A DNA stretch of 32,000 nt, taken from the NCBI GenBank assembly GCA_022646745.1, contig CP060262.1:2280001-2312000 (forward strand). Direction: 5' to 3'. A program made the position numbers and the translations under genes. The notes below the pieces were generated by a model, which was not told the DNA's origin, ran no database searches, and saw only the letters and a list, made by a program, of their open reading frames with translations. This stretch comes from Planctomycetales bacterium. GTDB lineage: Bacteria > 4484-113 > JAFGCY01. Every line of letters starts with the position of its first letter. Positions within the stretch are counted from its first letter, which is position 1. Below, one piece after another: positions 7,263 to 17,912 of this stretch.

Positions 7263-8615
7263 TCAGCCGTCCTGTCCGCCACTTAGCAGGCCGGCGGCCT
7301 CATCAGCGAAGTCGCGGGAAGCACTCAGCAGCTCTGATGCGTAGTTATAGTTGTGGATGCCACGTCCGAACCGGACGAACTCAAGGTTGTACTCGGCGTC
7401 CTCAACCTTCTGCTTCGCCTCGGCATAGCCCTCCGCACCGTTGTCAGCCAGGTCAAGTGCCGTGCGGGCACGGGTGACCTGGATGGTGGTATCAGCAATG
7501 TCTGACGCGATAGCCTCAGCCCACATCGCATAGAGGTCGGCGCCGAAGTCGCCATGGCAGTCCACGCAGCCTTGCACCGTCGGGCGCATCACGTTGCCAC
7601 CGGCCATGTGTCCGGCGGACTCGCTGTCCTCCTCCATATGGCAGCCGATGCAGTCAACCTGCGCAATGTACATCGAGGCCGGCATATCCTCCACGCCGCG
7701 TCCACCGGTGCCGGCATACAGCTCACGTGCTCCGACATGCGGCTCAGAGTGGCACTGCTCGCATGAGAACTTCACCTGTCCCTCTGTGACGTGTGCGCCA
7801 TGCTTGATCTCGGAATGGCACTGGTAGCAGTCCACCTTGTGGTCGGTGACGTGGATCTTGTGCAGTTCGTTGCGTTCGCTGGTCAGGGTTGGCAGTTCCG
7901 TCCTGGAGTGGCACTGCAGGCAGGAATTGCTGTCAACGTCGCCATTGCCCTCGATCGCGTCGATGTGGCAACGCTGGCAGTCAACCTTCTGCTCCACATA
8001 GGTTGCGTGGTTGAAGGTTGTTTCGCCGACGGTGATGTCATCAGTCGGTGCATCATGGCAATCCAGGCAGAACTGCTGTGACACCGGTGAGGAGCCACTG
8101 ACGCGGTCCTTGAAGTGGCAGAGGTAGCAGGTGGTGGTGTCGGCAGCGATGTGCTGGTCCCCGATGTTGTTGGAATGGCAACTCGTGCAGCGCAGCTCCA
8201 TGCCGCGGGCGCTCTTGCCGTAGTGGGTGGCGTGGTCGAAGCGGACCTTGCCGTTGTACATCGTCTTGCCGGGGGTATTCGTCCCGTGGCAGCCGCTCGT
8301 CATGCAGGAGGCGTCGTTGATGTGGGCATAGAACTTGGTGTCGTAAGTGCCGGTGACATACAGCACGACCTGGTTCAGGGCCTTCATCTTGGCGCTGATC
8401 TTGTACTTCTCGCCGGGGGCGTAGTGGCAGTCAACGCAGGCCACATTATTGTGTGCGGATGCCTTCCAGCTATCGTAGAAGGGATCCATAATGTGGCAAC
8501 TCTGGCAGAATCCGGGCTGGTTTGTGTATTGCAGGCTGCCGAATCCGCCACCGAGGACGACGACGATGATGGCAAGAGTGACAACCACCCAGCGCTTGCT
8601 CAACAGCTTCTTCAT
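7263..8615 (-). CDS. Membrane-anchored multiheme c-type cytochrome, NapC/NirT-like N-terminus (11 CXXCH plus 1 CX4CH)
   Basis: The track ORF is 7263..8690. I prefer the start at MKKLLSKRWVVVTLAIIVVVLGGG (8615), because it gives a single N-terminal TM helix directly followed by CQSCH ... CVDCHY as in NapC/NirT/NrfH. Heme motifs are CQSCH, CVDCH, CMTSGCH, CTSCH, CYLCH, CLDCH, CQRCH, CLQCH, CYQCH, CEQCH, CIGCH and CVDCH. Confidence 0.85.
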   Translation of the reverse strand: MKKLLSKRWVVVTLAIIVVVLGGGFGSLQYTNQPGFCQSCHIMDPFYDSWKASAHNNVACVDCHYAPGEKYKISAKMKALNQVVLYVTGTYDTKFYAHINDASCMTSGCHGTNTPGKTMYNGKVRFDHATHYGKSARGMELRCTSCHSNNIGDQHIAADTTTCYLCHFKDRVSGSSPVSQQFCLDCHDAPTDDITVGETTFNHATYVEQKVDCQRCHIDAIEGNGDVDSNSCLQCHSRTELPTLTSERNELHKIHVTDHKVDCYQCHSEIKHGAHVTEGQVKFSCEQCHSEPHVGARELYAGTGGRGVEDMPASMYIAQVDCIGCHMEEDSESAGHMAGGNVMRPTVQGCVDCHGDFGADLYAMWAEAIASDIADTTIQVTRARTALDLADNGAEGYAEAKQKVEDAEYNLEFVRFGRGIHNYNYASELLSASRDFADEAAGLLSGGQDG

Positions 8616-9024
8616 CACAATTCCCCCCGGGAAGGTCTCCCGGAACAACCCGTTCCCAGTTGGCAAACTGCCAAGTGAACAGGGAATCATGCCGGGTGAT
8701 CCGGTTTTGCATCCCTGCTACCCGCCTTGCCGACTGAGCCGTGCCCGGTTTCCCGGACAGCTGAATTGTACACCATGTATATCAAGGATATTAATTGTCT
8801 GCCAGGTGAGAGTCAGTCTCATGGGATCCTGGTTGACACTTCAGTTATCGGAAAATTTGTGCCCAAATCCACGAATTTCGGTGAGATATATGGGACAAAA
8901 TATGTTATATATATCCTAGTTGGAAAGATGGCCCAGGAGCTACCTTCCACCTGATCGAGATACCAACGCAACTCTTTATTCCTGGTCCTGAGCCCGGGCT
9001 GCCAACGGTGGCCCGGGCCCTTTG

Positions 9025-9528
9025 CTAATCAAGGTAGCGGGCGCGCAGGGATTCCGCCGGCAGGGCACAGGCCTGTTTCGCCAGCCTGTGGCGGTTACGC
9101 TTGATGACCCCGTACAGCGGGTCCAGCAGCCAATCCGGGATCCACCAGGAGACCCAGCCCAGGAAATTCCAGGGGAAGCCCATCTGCCTGGCAATCATGC
9201 GGCTGGCCCGGCTGCGCCCGTACAGTCGGGCGTCCGGCCTGCCCGGATGGGTGGTGCAGAGGATGCCGTCAATCGAGGCGTTGTCAACACGGGCCTTAGC
9301 CAGGTATTCGTCGTCAACTCCGAGAGTTGGCAGCACACGGCGGGCGGTCTCGCCCTGCAGTGCGGCGATGTGCATCCGGCCGGCCGGGTCATTGCGCAGT
9401 ATCCATGCCGCCGTATTGCTGCAGAAGGTGCACTCGGCATCGATGAAGACTATGAAGTCCGGCAGCGCATTGCCAGCCAGCGCATTGCCTTCGGCGGGAA
9501 GCTGCATTCCAGTCTGGTCCATCGGCAA
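9025..9528 (-). CDS. DCC-family thiol-disulfide oxidoreductase (DUF393-like)
   Basis: 167 aa. It has the IVFIDAECTFCS motif (DxxCxxC) near the N-terminus and a C-terminal YGVIKRNRHRLAKQAC segment typical of the family. Confidence 0.7.
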   Translation of the reverse strand: MPMDQTGMQLPAEGNALAGNALPDFIVFIDAECTFCSNTAAWILRNDPAGRMHIAALQGETARRVLPTLGVDDEYLAKARVDNASIDGILCTTHPGRPDARLYGRSRASRMIARQMGFPWNFLGWVSWWIPDWLLDPLYGVIKRNRHRLAKQACALPAESLRARYLD

Positions 9529-9560
9529 TAGGTTACCTGCCGCAGCACGGAGCTGCAGGA

Positions 9561-11027
9561 TCAGGCGGTGATTTCCTGCTGCACCTGGCTGATGTCCAGT
9601 CCCTCATATCCCAGCCGCTGGGCAATTTCCCAGACATCGTACTTCTGCCCGTCATTCCAGAGCTCCCGCAGGAAGTCCCCGGCACGGCGATTGCTGAACC
9701 AGCTTTCACCGAAACTGCTTTCCAGGTGGCGACGCAGCTGCACTTCCCAGATCCAGGCCTGCAGGTACTGCAGCACGTAGAAGTTGCGGTCGAAGTCCGC
9801 CAGGTAGCGCTCGCGAGGATAGCTGACGACGTTGGCGCGGGTCAGGTGCTCGCTGTAGCGCTCCGCAAGCTCCTCGCCGCCGCCACGCTCGTGGAACTCG
9901 ATTTCGTACAGTAGTTTGGCACCGTAGCGGCGCAGGAAGTAGAGGCGGTGGAAGCGGGCGAAGGCCGGGTAATCACCCGGGTCCTCGCGCATGATCTCCT
10001 TCCACCAGACCGGGTTGCTGACGAGGTGCTGCAGCAGGAAGGCGTAGCTTTCATGCACGCTGGTGTCACCACTGTGGCGGTACAGCACTGACAGTTCGGG
10101 ATTCATGTGAGCGCTGAACTGCATGTGCCCGGCTTCGTGGAACAGGGTGCTGAAGTCATCCTGCCCGCCGTGCGGCTTGAGCACGATTCGCACATCCTGC
10201 GGGGCGCGGATGCTGACGCAGAAGGCGCGCGGCGACTTGCGCGGCCGGTCCTCGAGGTCGATGTGCACGTTCTTCTGGTTGTCAAGGTCGATGCCCATCC
10301 CGCGCAGCGTGCGGGCCAGTGAGGGCACCATGTCATCGCTGGCGAACATGCCGTCATACTGGCGTGCGCGCAGGATGAAGCCGAGGTCGCAGCTGCGCAG
10401 CTCGCGACCAGCCAGGCCAGCGATCGAAGCATAATGGTGCAGGCGGCTGGAGAACAGTTCATCGGTCTCGTCCAGGAAGCGCCGCATCTGCTCAGCCAGC
10501 GGACGGATGCGCATGCCCTGCAGCTTCTCGCAATATTCAATCTGGCTTGGGTAGCCGAGTTCGCCCATGGTTTGGGCCAGCTTGCCAAAGATCCGTCGGC
10601 GCAGCGGATTGAGCCGGTCCATCTCAGCCAGGTAGGCCGCTTCAAGCTCACCCCGGCGGTCGTAGTCAGCTTCGTTGGCAATGATCACCGGCATCGCGCG
10701 GTAGGGCCAGCTCTGCTCGCCGAGCGTGACCGTGGCTGCGCCTTCGGCATTGGCCAGCTCCTCCGCCATGCCCTTGATCTGGTCCTGCACGTAGTTGCCA
10801 CTGAAATCCGCGCGCAGGAAGCGCAGCAGCCGCTCGTCAGCAGACTCACCGGGTGCAGCGGAAAGGATGCCGTCGAGTGTCTCGCGGGCGTACAGTTCCG
10901 GGTATTCCCCAAGGATGCTCACCACATTGAGCTGGTCCTGCTGCCCGCTGAAATGATTGTAGTATTCGAGCGCAATGCGCCGGTGACACTCTTCGGTACG
11001 CTCAATCAGTCTGCCGATTTCCATCAT
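9561..11027 (-). CDS. M3-like zinc metallopeptidase (oligoendopeptidase F-like)
   Basis: 488 aa with an HEAGH zinc motif and a Glu exactly 25 residues after the second His (VHESYAF). That is the spacing seen in the thimet/PepF M3 family. It is shorter than typical PepF, so the assignment is tentative. Confidence 0.6.
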   Translation of the reverse strand: MMEIGRLIERTEECHRRIALEYYNHFSGQQDQLNVVSILGEYPELYARETLDGILSAAPGESADERLLRFLRADFSGNYVQDQIKGMAEELANAEGAATVTLGEQSWPYRAMPVIIANEADYDRRGELEAAYLAEMDRLNPLRRRIFGKLAQTMGELGYPSQIEYCEKLQGMRIRPLAEQMRRFLDETDELFSSRLHHYASIAGLAGRELRSCDLGFILRARQYDGMFASDDMVPSLARTLRGMGIDLDNQKNVHIDLEDRPRKSPRAFCVSIRAPQDVRIVLKPHGGQDDFSTLFHEAGHMQFSAHMNPELSVLYRHSGDTSVHESYAFLLQHLVSNPVWWKEIMREDPGDYPAFARFHRLYFLRRYGAKLLYEIEFHERGGGEELAERYSEHLTRANVVSYPRERYLADFDRNFYVLQYLQAWIWEVQLRRHLESSFGESWFSNRRAGDFLRELWNDGQKYDVWEIAQRLGYEGLDISQVQQEITA

Positions 11028-11138
11028 AAATTGCTCCGCCAGTCCATTTTAGCCCCAAGGCCGCCGCAGCTGCGAGACCGGGATTTAACCGAATTGAACT
11101 GAAAACTGAAATCAGGTCGGAGCCGGCAGGGTTAAACT

Positions 11139-12389
11139 TTGCCCGAGCCGTGTAGCGGCTACTTACTTAGTTCGGGTGAGCCGGTGCCAGAGGTAGAGAG
11201 CAAACCAAGAATCCTGATTGCCGAGGACGACAAGCTGTCGCGCCTCAAGCTGGAGCATTTCTTCTCAAGGCAGCTTGATGCGGAGCTTGTGCTTGCCGAG
11301 GATGGCGAACAGGCCTGGCAGCTGTACAACGAGGCCCCGGTTGACATCATAATCTCCGACTGGGAAATGCCGGGCATGACCGGCCCGGAACTTTGCCAGC
11401 GCGTGCGCAGTGACACAAGCCAGTTCACCTACTTCCTGCTGCTGACCAGCCGGACCGAGCAGGCTGACATGCTTGAGGGCATGTCCACCGGGGCGGATGA
11501 CTACGTGCGCAAGCCCTATGATCCGCCTGAGCTGCTGGCCCGTGTCCGTTCCGGACTGCGCCGCATCGCGCTTGAGGAGCAGATGAAGAAGCTCAATGAT
11601 GAGCTGGGCAGCGCCTACAACAAGATCCGCGAAGCCCTGCACGCGGCTGGACAGATGCAGCGCAAGATGATCCCATCCGCTGAGCAGATCGCGCAGCTGG
11701 GCCAGCGCACCGGGCTGCAGCTTGACTACCGATATGTTTCCTGCGATGACCTCGGGGGAGACGTGCTGGGCATGTACGTGCCGGACCAGGACCATGTGGC
11801 CCTGTTCCTGGCGGATGTGTCCGGACATGGCGTGGCGGCCAGCATCGCAGCGGTAAGCATGCATACTTTCCTGCAGACCGTGCTGCATACAAACACGGAT
11901 CCCCTGAAGGTCATGGCCGCAGCAAACCAGTTTGCCTGCGATGAGTTTCCTGAGACCACCTTTGCCACGATGGCCTACTTCCTGTTCGATGTGCCGCGGA
12001 TGTCAGTGGACATGATCGTTGCCGGTCATCCGCCGGTACTGAAGATGTGCAGTGATGGCAGCATGCAGCAGTTTGAGTCGAGCTACCAGCCGCTAGGCAT
12101 CTTTGACGATCCGCCAACCGCAGCGGATGTGCAGAGGGTTGAGCTCGGTGCAGGCGAACGGCTGATCGCCTATACGGACGGTGTGATCGAGACCCGCAAC
12201 CCGACGGGTCGCTTCTATTCGCTGGATTTCCTGTTTGCGGACATCCAGGCCCGCGCCCACAGGCCACTGGAGGGACTGAGCCAGTCCATCCTCGATGCGG
12301 TGGCTAACTGGCGCTACACCGGTGAGGCTGAGGACGACATCACAGTGCTCGCCATGTCATTCCAGGAAGTGGCTGCTCTCAAAAGCTGA
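11139..12389 (+). CDS. Response regulator: receiver domain fused to a PP2C/SpoIIE-type serine phosphatase (RsbU-like)
   Basis: REC signatures are ILIAEDD, IIISDWEMPGMTG and KP. These are followed by a coiled linker and a PP2C/SpoIIE region (GGDVLGMY, LFLADVSGHGVAASI, YTDGVIE, DDITVLAM). The start is uncertain; GTG at 11184 with an upstream GGTGAG is an alternative. Confidence 0.85.
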   Translation: MPEPCSGYLLSSGEPVPEVESKPRILIAEDDKLSRLKLEHFFSRQLDAELVLAEDGEQAWQLYNEAPVDIIISDWEMPGMTGPELCQRVRSDTSQFTYFLLLTSRTEQADMLEGMSTGADDYVRKPYDPPELLARVRSGLRRIALEEQMKKLNDELGSAYNKIREALHAAGQMQRKMIPSAEQIAQLGQRTGLQLDYRYVSCDDLGGDVLGMYVPDQDHVALFLADVSGHGVAASIAAVSMHTFLQTVLHTNTDPLKVMAAANQFACDEFPETTFATMAYFLFDVPRMSVDMIVAGHPPVLKMCSDGSMQQFESSYQPLGIFDDPPTAADVQRVELGAGERLIAYTDGVIETRNPTGRFYSLDFLFADIQARAHRPLEGLSQSILDAVANWRYTGEAEDDITVLAMSFQEVAALKS

Positions 12390-13023
12390 CCAGCAGCTGC
12401 ACGTAATGCACGTGCTCATCGGGGCTGTAATTGAAGATCCCGACCCCGATGTATTCCACCCCGGTGTTGTACAGCAGTTCGCGGTGGCCCGGATGGATCG
12501 AGAAGTTCTCCACCACAAGGTCCACCGTACTGGCACCGGGACGGGCGACTGAGGAATTTTCTCCGCCGACAAGCACGGTGCCGGCACCAGCAGCGGCAAT
12601 CCGGTCACGGCTGCCGAGGTCCTCAGGAGTGCGGTGGTTCCAGTAGTCACGGATCGCCTGGTCCATTGCATGGGCCTGGGCCACACGGTTCAGCGAAGGA
12701 AGTGTCTGCAGCGCGGGCAGGCCGGCTTCAGTGCGCTTGCGGTTAGTTTCCTCAATGAATCGACCTGCCTGCTGGGCGGTTTTCGTGTCCGGGTAGACTG
12801 CCTCGGGCACCAGGCTGAGGATGTTGTCATGCCACCAGAGAAGCGGATCCGTCTCGTCTGGATTGGACAATGAGAGGCGTTCTGGATGGCTAGGGGATCC
12901 TGGCGGATAATCCCGGCTGTTGTCCGTTGCACCGCCACCTGAACAGGTAGTGCAAAGCAGAATGATCGCAATCAAGAGGCAGGTGCGGCTGGCCAGCCGC
13001 CACGATTTAAGGAATCCTGGCAC
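12379..13023 (-). CDS. CAP/SCP (YkwD-like) domain lipoprotein
   Basis: 214 aa with a lipobox-like LLCTTC after a hydrophobic N-terminus. The CAP-domain pattern is NRKRTEAGLPAL, LNRVAQAHAMD, NHRTPE, GENS and IGVG. Confidence 0.75.
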   Translation of the reverse strand: MPGFLKSWRLASRTCLLIAIILLCTTCSGGGATDNSRDYPPGSPSHPERLSLSNPDETDPLLWWHDNILSLVPEAVYPDTKTAQQAGRFIEETNRKRTEAGLPALQTLPSLNRVAQAHAMDQAIRDYWNHRTPEDLGSRDRIAAAGAGTVLVGGENSSVARPGASTVDLVVENFSIHPGHRELLYNTGVEYIGVGIFNYSPDEHVHYVQLLVSF

Positions 13024-13151
13024 GGGGAAATTCTAGAACAGGACTGCGCTGATCGTACGTTGCGGCAGCAGCCGGACTGGTGACGCACAATTATTTGCAA
13101 GAGATTGTGGCAGGACTTGCAAACTATAGGCGGCTGGGGTATTATTACATC

Positions 13152-13250
13152 GGATCTAGGGCTGGTTTGTCCGCAGCTGCCTACCCTGGAGCCAAAGTTT
13201 TTCTCCAATATTCCGGACGCGAAGGGAGGCCCTGCCTCCCTTTGTTCTTT
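13152..13250 (+). ncRNA. Candidate small RNA (~100 nt) defined only by a promoter-like element and an intrinsic terminator
   Basis: TTGCAA (13117..13122), a 17-nt spacer, then TATTAT (13140..13145). About 80 nt downstream is the hairpin at 13222..13242 plus a T-tract. The interval contains no ATG-initiated ORF, and both flanking genes are on the opposite strand. Confidence 0.3.
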
Positions 13251-13260
13251 TCTGGTTTCT
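13222..13260 (+). terminator. Rho-independent terminator-like hairpin with a T-rich tail on the + strand
   Basis: The stem is aagggaggc / gcctccctt with loop cct, followed by tgttcttttctggtttct. On the minus strand the same hairpin has an A-tract upstream and no U-tract. Confidence 0.55.
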
Positions 13261-13268
13261 ACCGGGGC

Positions 13269-13607
13269 CTAATCACCGCCCGGGGCCTTGAATTCCCCCA
13301 GCTCAACATCAGGCAGCCTCTCAGCCACCCGTGTAGCCTCCTGCAATCCGATGCGACCTTCGTCCAGTGCGGCTTCCCCGGCATCCTGCAGGTCAGTGCC
13401 GCTGGCACCGGCGACTATCTTCATGTTCTCACGCATCCCGTCCATTCCGATCAGAGCGACGGCAAGCACCAGCAGGCCGACGATCAGGCCCATGCCCGCC
13501 ATTACGGTTGCGCGGTATGCGAGGTCACGGGTCCTGCGCATGTCGCGGCGCAGTTCAGCCAGCAGTTGTTCAACTTGCTTGCCGGTGGAATCAGGGCTGT
13601 CTGTCAT
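13269..13607 (-). CDS. Hypothetical single-pass membrane protein (112 aa)
   Basis: Protein-like composition, with a charged helical N-terminus, one clear TM helix (VMAGMGLIVGLLVLAVALIGM) and an acidic C-terminal region. The overlapping + strand ORFs look like GC-driven artefacts. Confidence 0.55.
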   Translation of the reverse strand: MTDSPDSTGKQVEQLLAELRRDMRRTRDLAYRATVMAGMGLIVGLLVLAVALIGMDGMRENMKIVAGASGTDLQDAGEAALDEGRIGLQEATRVAERLPDVELGEFKAPGGD

Positions 13608-13771
13608 CGCAAAATTACCAAAAACCTCTATATGTGTACTGTGCGCACAGATTAACAGAGCAGGGCCCAGGCTTCTCGACTGACAGTATTGAAGCGGCGC
13701 TTATCAGCAGGAGTTCATGCAGGCTTGAATCATGTTTTATATTAGTACTCCTGTTTTATGGTGGAGGGAGC

Positions 13772-14758
13772 ATGCGCGCTGTAGTCGTCGAAACACCGGG
13801 AGAGCTGGAACAGCTGAAGCTGACGCAGAACGTGGAGATGCCCACGGTCGGTGAGAACGACGTGCTGGTCAGGATCGCCTACGCGGGCCTGAACTTCATG
13901 GAGGTGCTGATCCGCAGGGGCGACTACCTGCGCAACCCGAAGTACCCCCTGATCCTCGGCAGTGAAGCCAGTGGCATCGTCGAACAGGTCGGTGCCAACG
14001 TGAAGGACTTCAAGCCCGGTGACCGCGTGGCCGTTCTTTCCGGGGACCGCGGCTGTTATGCCGAGTATGTCTGTGTTGACGAAACACATGTCGTGCCGAT
14101 CCCGGCCGAGATGGAGCTGCGAACAGCTGCCGCTTACCCGTTGCAGGTGCTGACGGCCTGGGGCATCCTGTTCGCCTCGGCCCGCATCCGCGAAGGGGAC
14201 TGGGTGCTGGTGCATGCCTGCGCCGGCGGGGTCGGTCTGGCTCTGGTGCAGATGGCGCGCATCGCGGGTTGCCAGGTGATCGGAACGACCAGCAGCGAGG
14301 ACAAGGCGGCACTGGCCCGTGAAATGGGTTGCCATCATGTGATCAACTACACCCAGCAGGACTTCGGCCGCGAGGTCAGGAAGATCGTGCCGGAGGGAGT
14401 CAACATCATCTGCGACTCCGTCGGCAAGGTGAACGTGATCGGCAACCTGCGCTCGATTGCCAACTTCGGCCTGATCGTGGTGTTCGGCTATGCCAGCGGT
14501 GAGCCGAAATATGACGAGAAATTGCTGTGGGGCCGCAGCTGCGGCATCACGATGAACGGCCTCTACCACCTCGTGCCGCACCGCACCGAATTCAACCGCG
14601 CCGTGCGTGAAACCACCCAGTGGATCCTCGAGGGCAGGCTCAACCTGCATATCGGCCAGGAGTACGACCTTGCAGACGTGCAGGAAGCGCACCGCCAGCT
14701 TGAGGGCCGCCAGAGCCAGGGCAAGCTGCTGCTGCGGATCAACAGCGAGCTGAAGTAG
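13772..14758 (+). CDS. Zinc-independent MDR-family NADPH:quinone oxidoreductase-like protein
   Basis: The true start is taken as ATG 13772 (MRAVVVETPG), preceded by GGAGGGAG. MDR/Qor hallmarks are VLVRIAYAGLNFMEV, PLILGSEASGIV, GDRV and VLVHACAGGVGLALVQMA. The track ORF start at 13367 is an upstream extension overlapping the minus-strand gene. Confidence 0.85.
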   Translation: MRAVVVETPGELEQLKLTQNVEMPTVGENDVLVRIAYAGLNFMEVLIRRGDYLRNPKYPLILGSEASGIVEQVGANVKDFKPGDRVAVLSGDRGCYAEYVCVDETHVVPIPAEMELRTAAAYPLQVLTAWGILFASARIREGDWVLVHACAGGVGLALVQMARIAGCQVIGTTSSEDKAALAREMGCHHVINYTQQDFGREVRKIVPEGVNIICDSVGKVNVIGNLRSIANFGLIVVFGYASGEPKYDEKLLWGRSCGITMNGLYHLVPHRTEFNRAVRETTQWILEGRLNLHIGQEYDLADVQEAHRQLEGRQSQGKLLLRINSELK

Positions 14759-14760
14759 CC

Positions 14761-15126
14761 TCAGTCAGGCCGCTCGCAGATGCAGATCGCATGTGCCAGG
14801 GTGCGGTCGTGGGTGATGGACAGGCTGACCCTGCGGTCACCGAGCTCCCGCTCCACGTGCGCAACCATGACGTAATACGGTTCCCCGCTCGGACGCTGCG
14901 CCACGCTTACATCCGTCTTGCGCACCCAGATCTGCGTTGCCTTGAAGAAGGCCTCGCGTGCGGCAAAGCAGCCGGCCAGGTGTTCATACGGGCTGCGGCT
15001 GTTGCGTGCGCTGCGGCGGCGTTCATGTTCGGTGAACATCTTCTCTGCGAACTTCGAGCCGGGGTACTCACACTTCTCTGCAATGCGCGAGATCTCAATG
15101 CTGTCCAGACCGATTCCTGTAATCAC
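14761..15126 (-). CDS. acpS: Holo-[acyl-carrier-protein] synthase (4'-phosphopantetheinyl transferase)
   Basis: 121 aa with an IGLDSIEISRI N-terminus, F(T)EHE, FAAREAFFKA and SITHD motifs, in the size class of AcpS. Confidence 0.85.
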   Translation of the reverse strand: MITGIGLDSIEISRIAEKCEYPGSKFAEKMFTEHERRRSARNSRSPYEHLAGCFAAREAFFKATQIWVRKTDVSVAQRPSGEPYYVMVAHVERELGDRRVSLSITHDRTLAHAICICERPD

Positions 15127-15327
15127 TGTCTGAGTTTAATGCAGTCCCGCAGTGGATCGCTAGTTTGGTCAAAGGGGATATAAATCCCGGTAATTGGACT
15201 GCCGGGAAAGAAAAACCATGGAACGATAGTAAGAAGAATTGTGGGTACGTACAGCACAAGCCGGTTTGGCACCTGTAGTCAGTACCGATGCTAACATTGT
15301 TTCTCCAAGTAGTAATAAGGGGCATTA

Positions 15328-17823
<2,496 letters not shown>

Positions 17824-17912
17824 TTAGCGCCAGGGCGTACAAATCCGATTATTGACATCAGTCTGCGGGCTGCCGGCCCTGTCCGGCCGTCCGCCCTCAA
17901 CAAGGAACAGCA

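Noticed and set aside
8115-8678. 187-aa + strand ORF opposite the multiheme cytochrome gene
   Set aside because: It is antisense to a gene with 12 heme-binding motifs. It is Val/Ala/Gly-rich with no motifs.
12379-12389. 11-nt overlap of the convergent 3' ends of the REC-PP2C and CAP-lipoprotein genes
   Set aside because: Short convergent overlaps are common in compact bacterial genomes. There is no additional signal.
13080-13655. 191-aa + strand ORF (GTG start) spanning the 13024..13268 intergenic region and the small membrane protein gene
   Set aside because: It reads straight through a strong terminator hairpin and overlaps a more protein-like minus-strand ORF. It has no RBS.
13367-13771. 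N-terminal 135-aa extension of the quinone oxidoreductase ORF in the track
   Set aside because: The Arg/Pro/Ser-rich extension overlaps the minus-strand gene. An ATG at 13772 with a GGAGGGAG RBS gives a canonical MDR N-terminus.
13742-14692. 316-aa minus-strand ORF antisense to the quinone oxidoreductase gene
   Set aside because: It is a GC-driven antisense shadow ORF. The + strand product has clear MDR-family motifs and a good RBS.
15267-15282. TGGCAC upstream of lon, as a possible sigma-54 promoter
   Set aside because: The -12 element (TTGC at the correct 5-nt-spaced position) is missing. No CIRCE element or clear sigma-32 consensus was found either.
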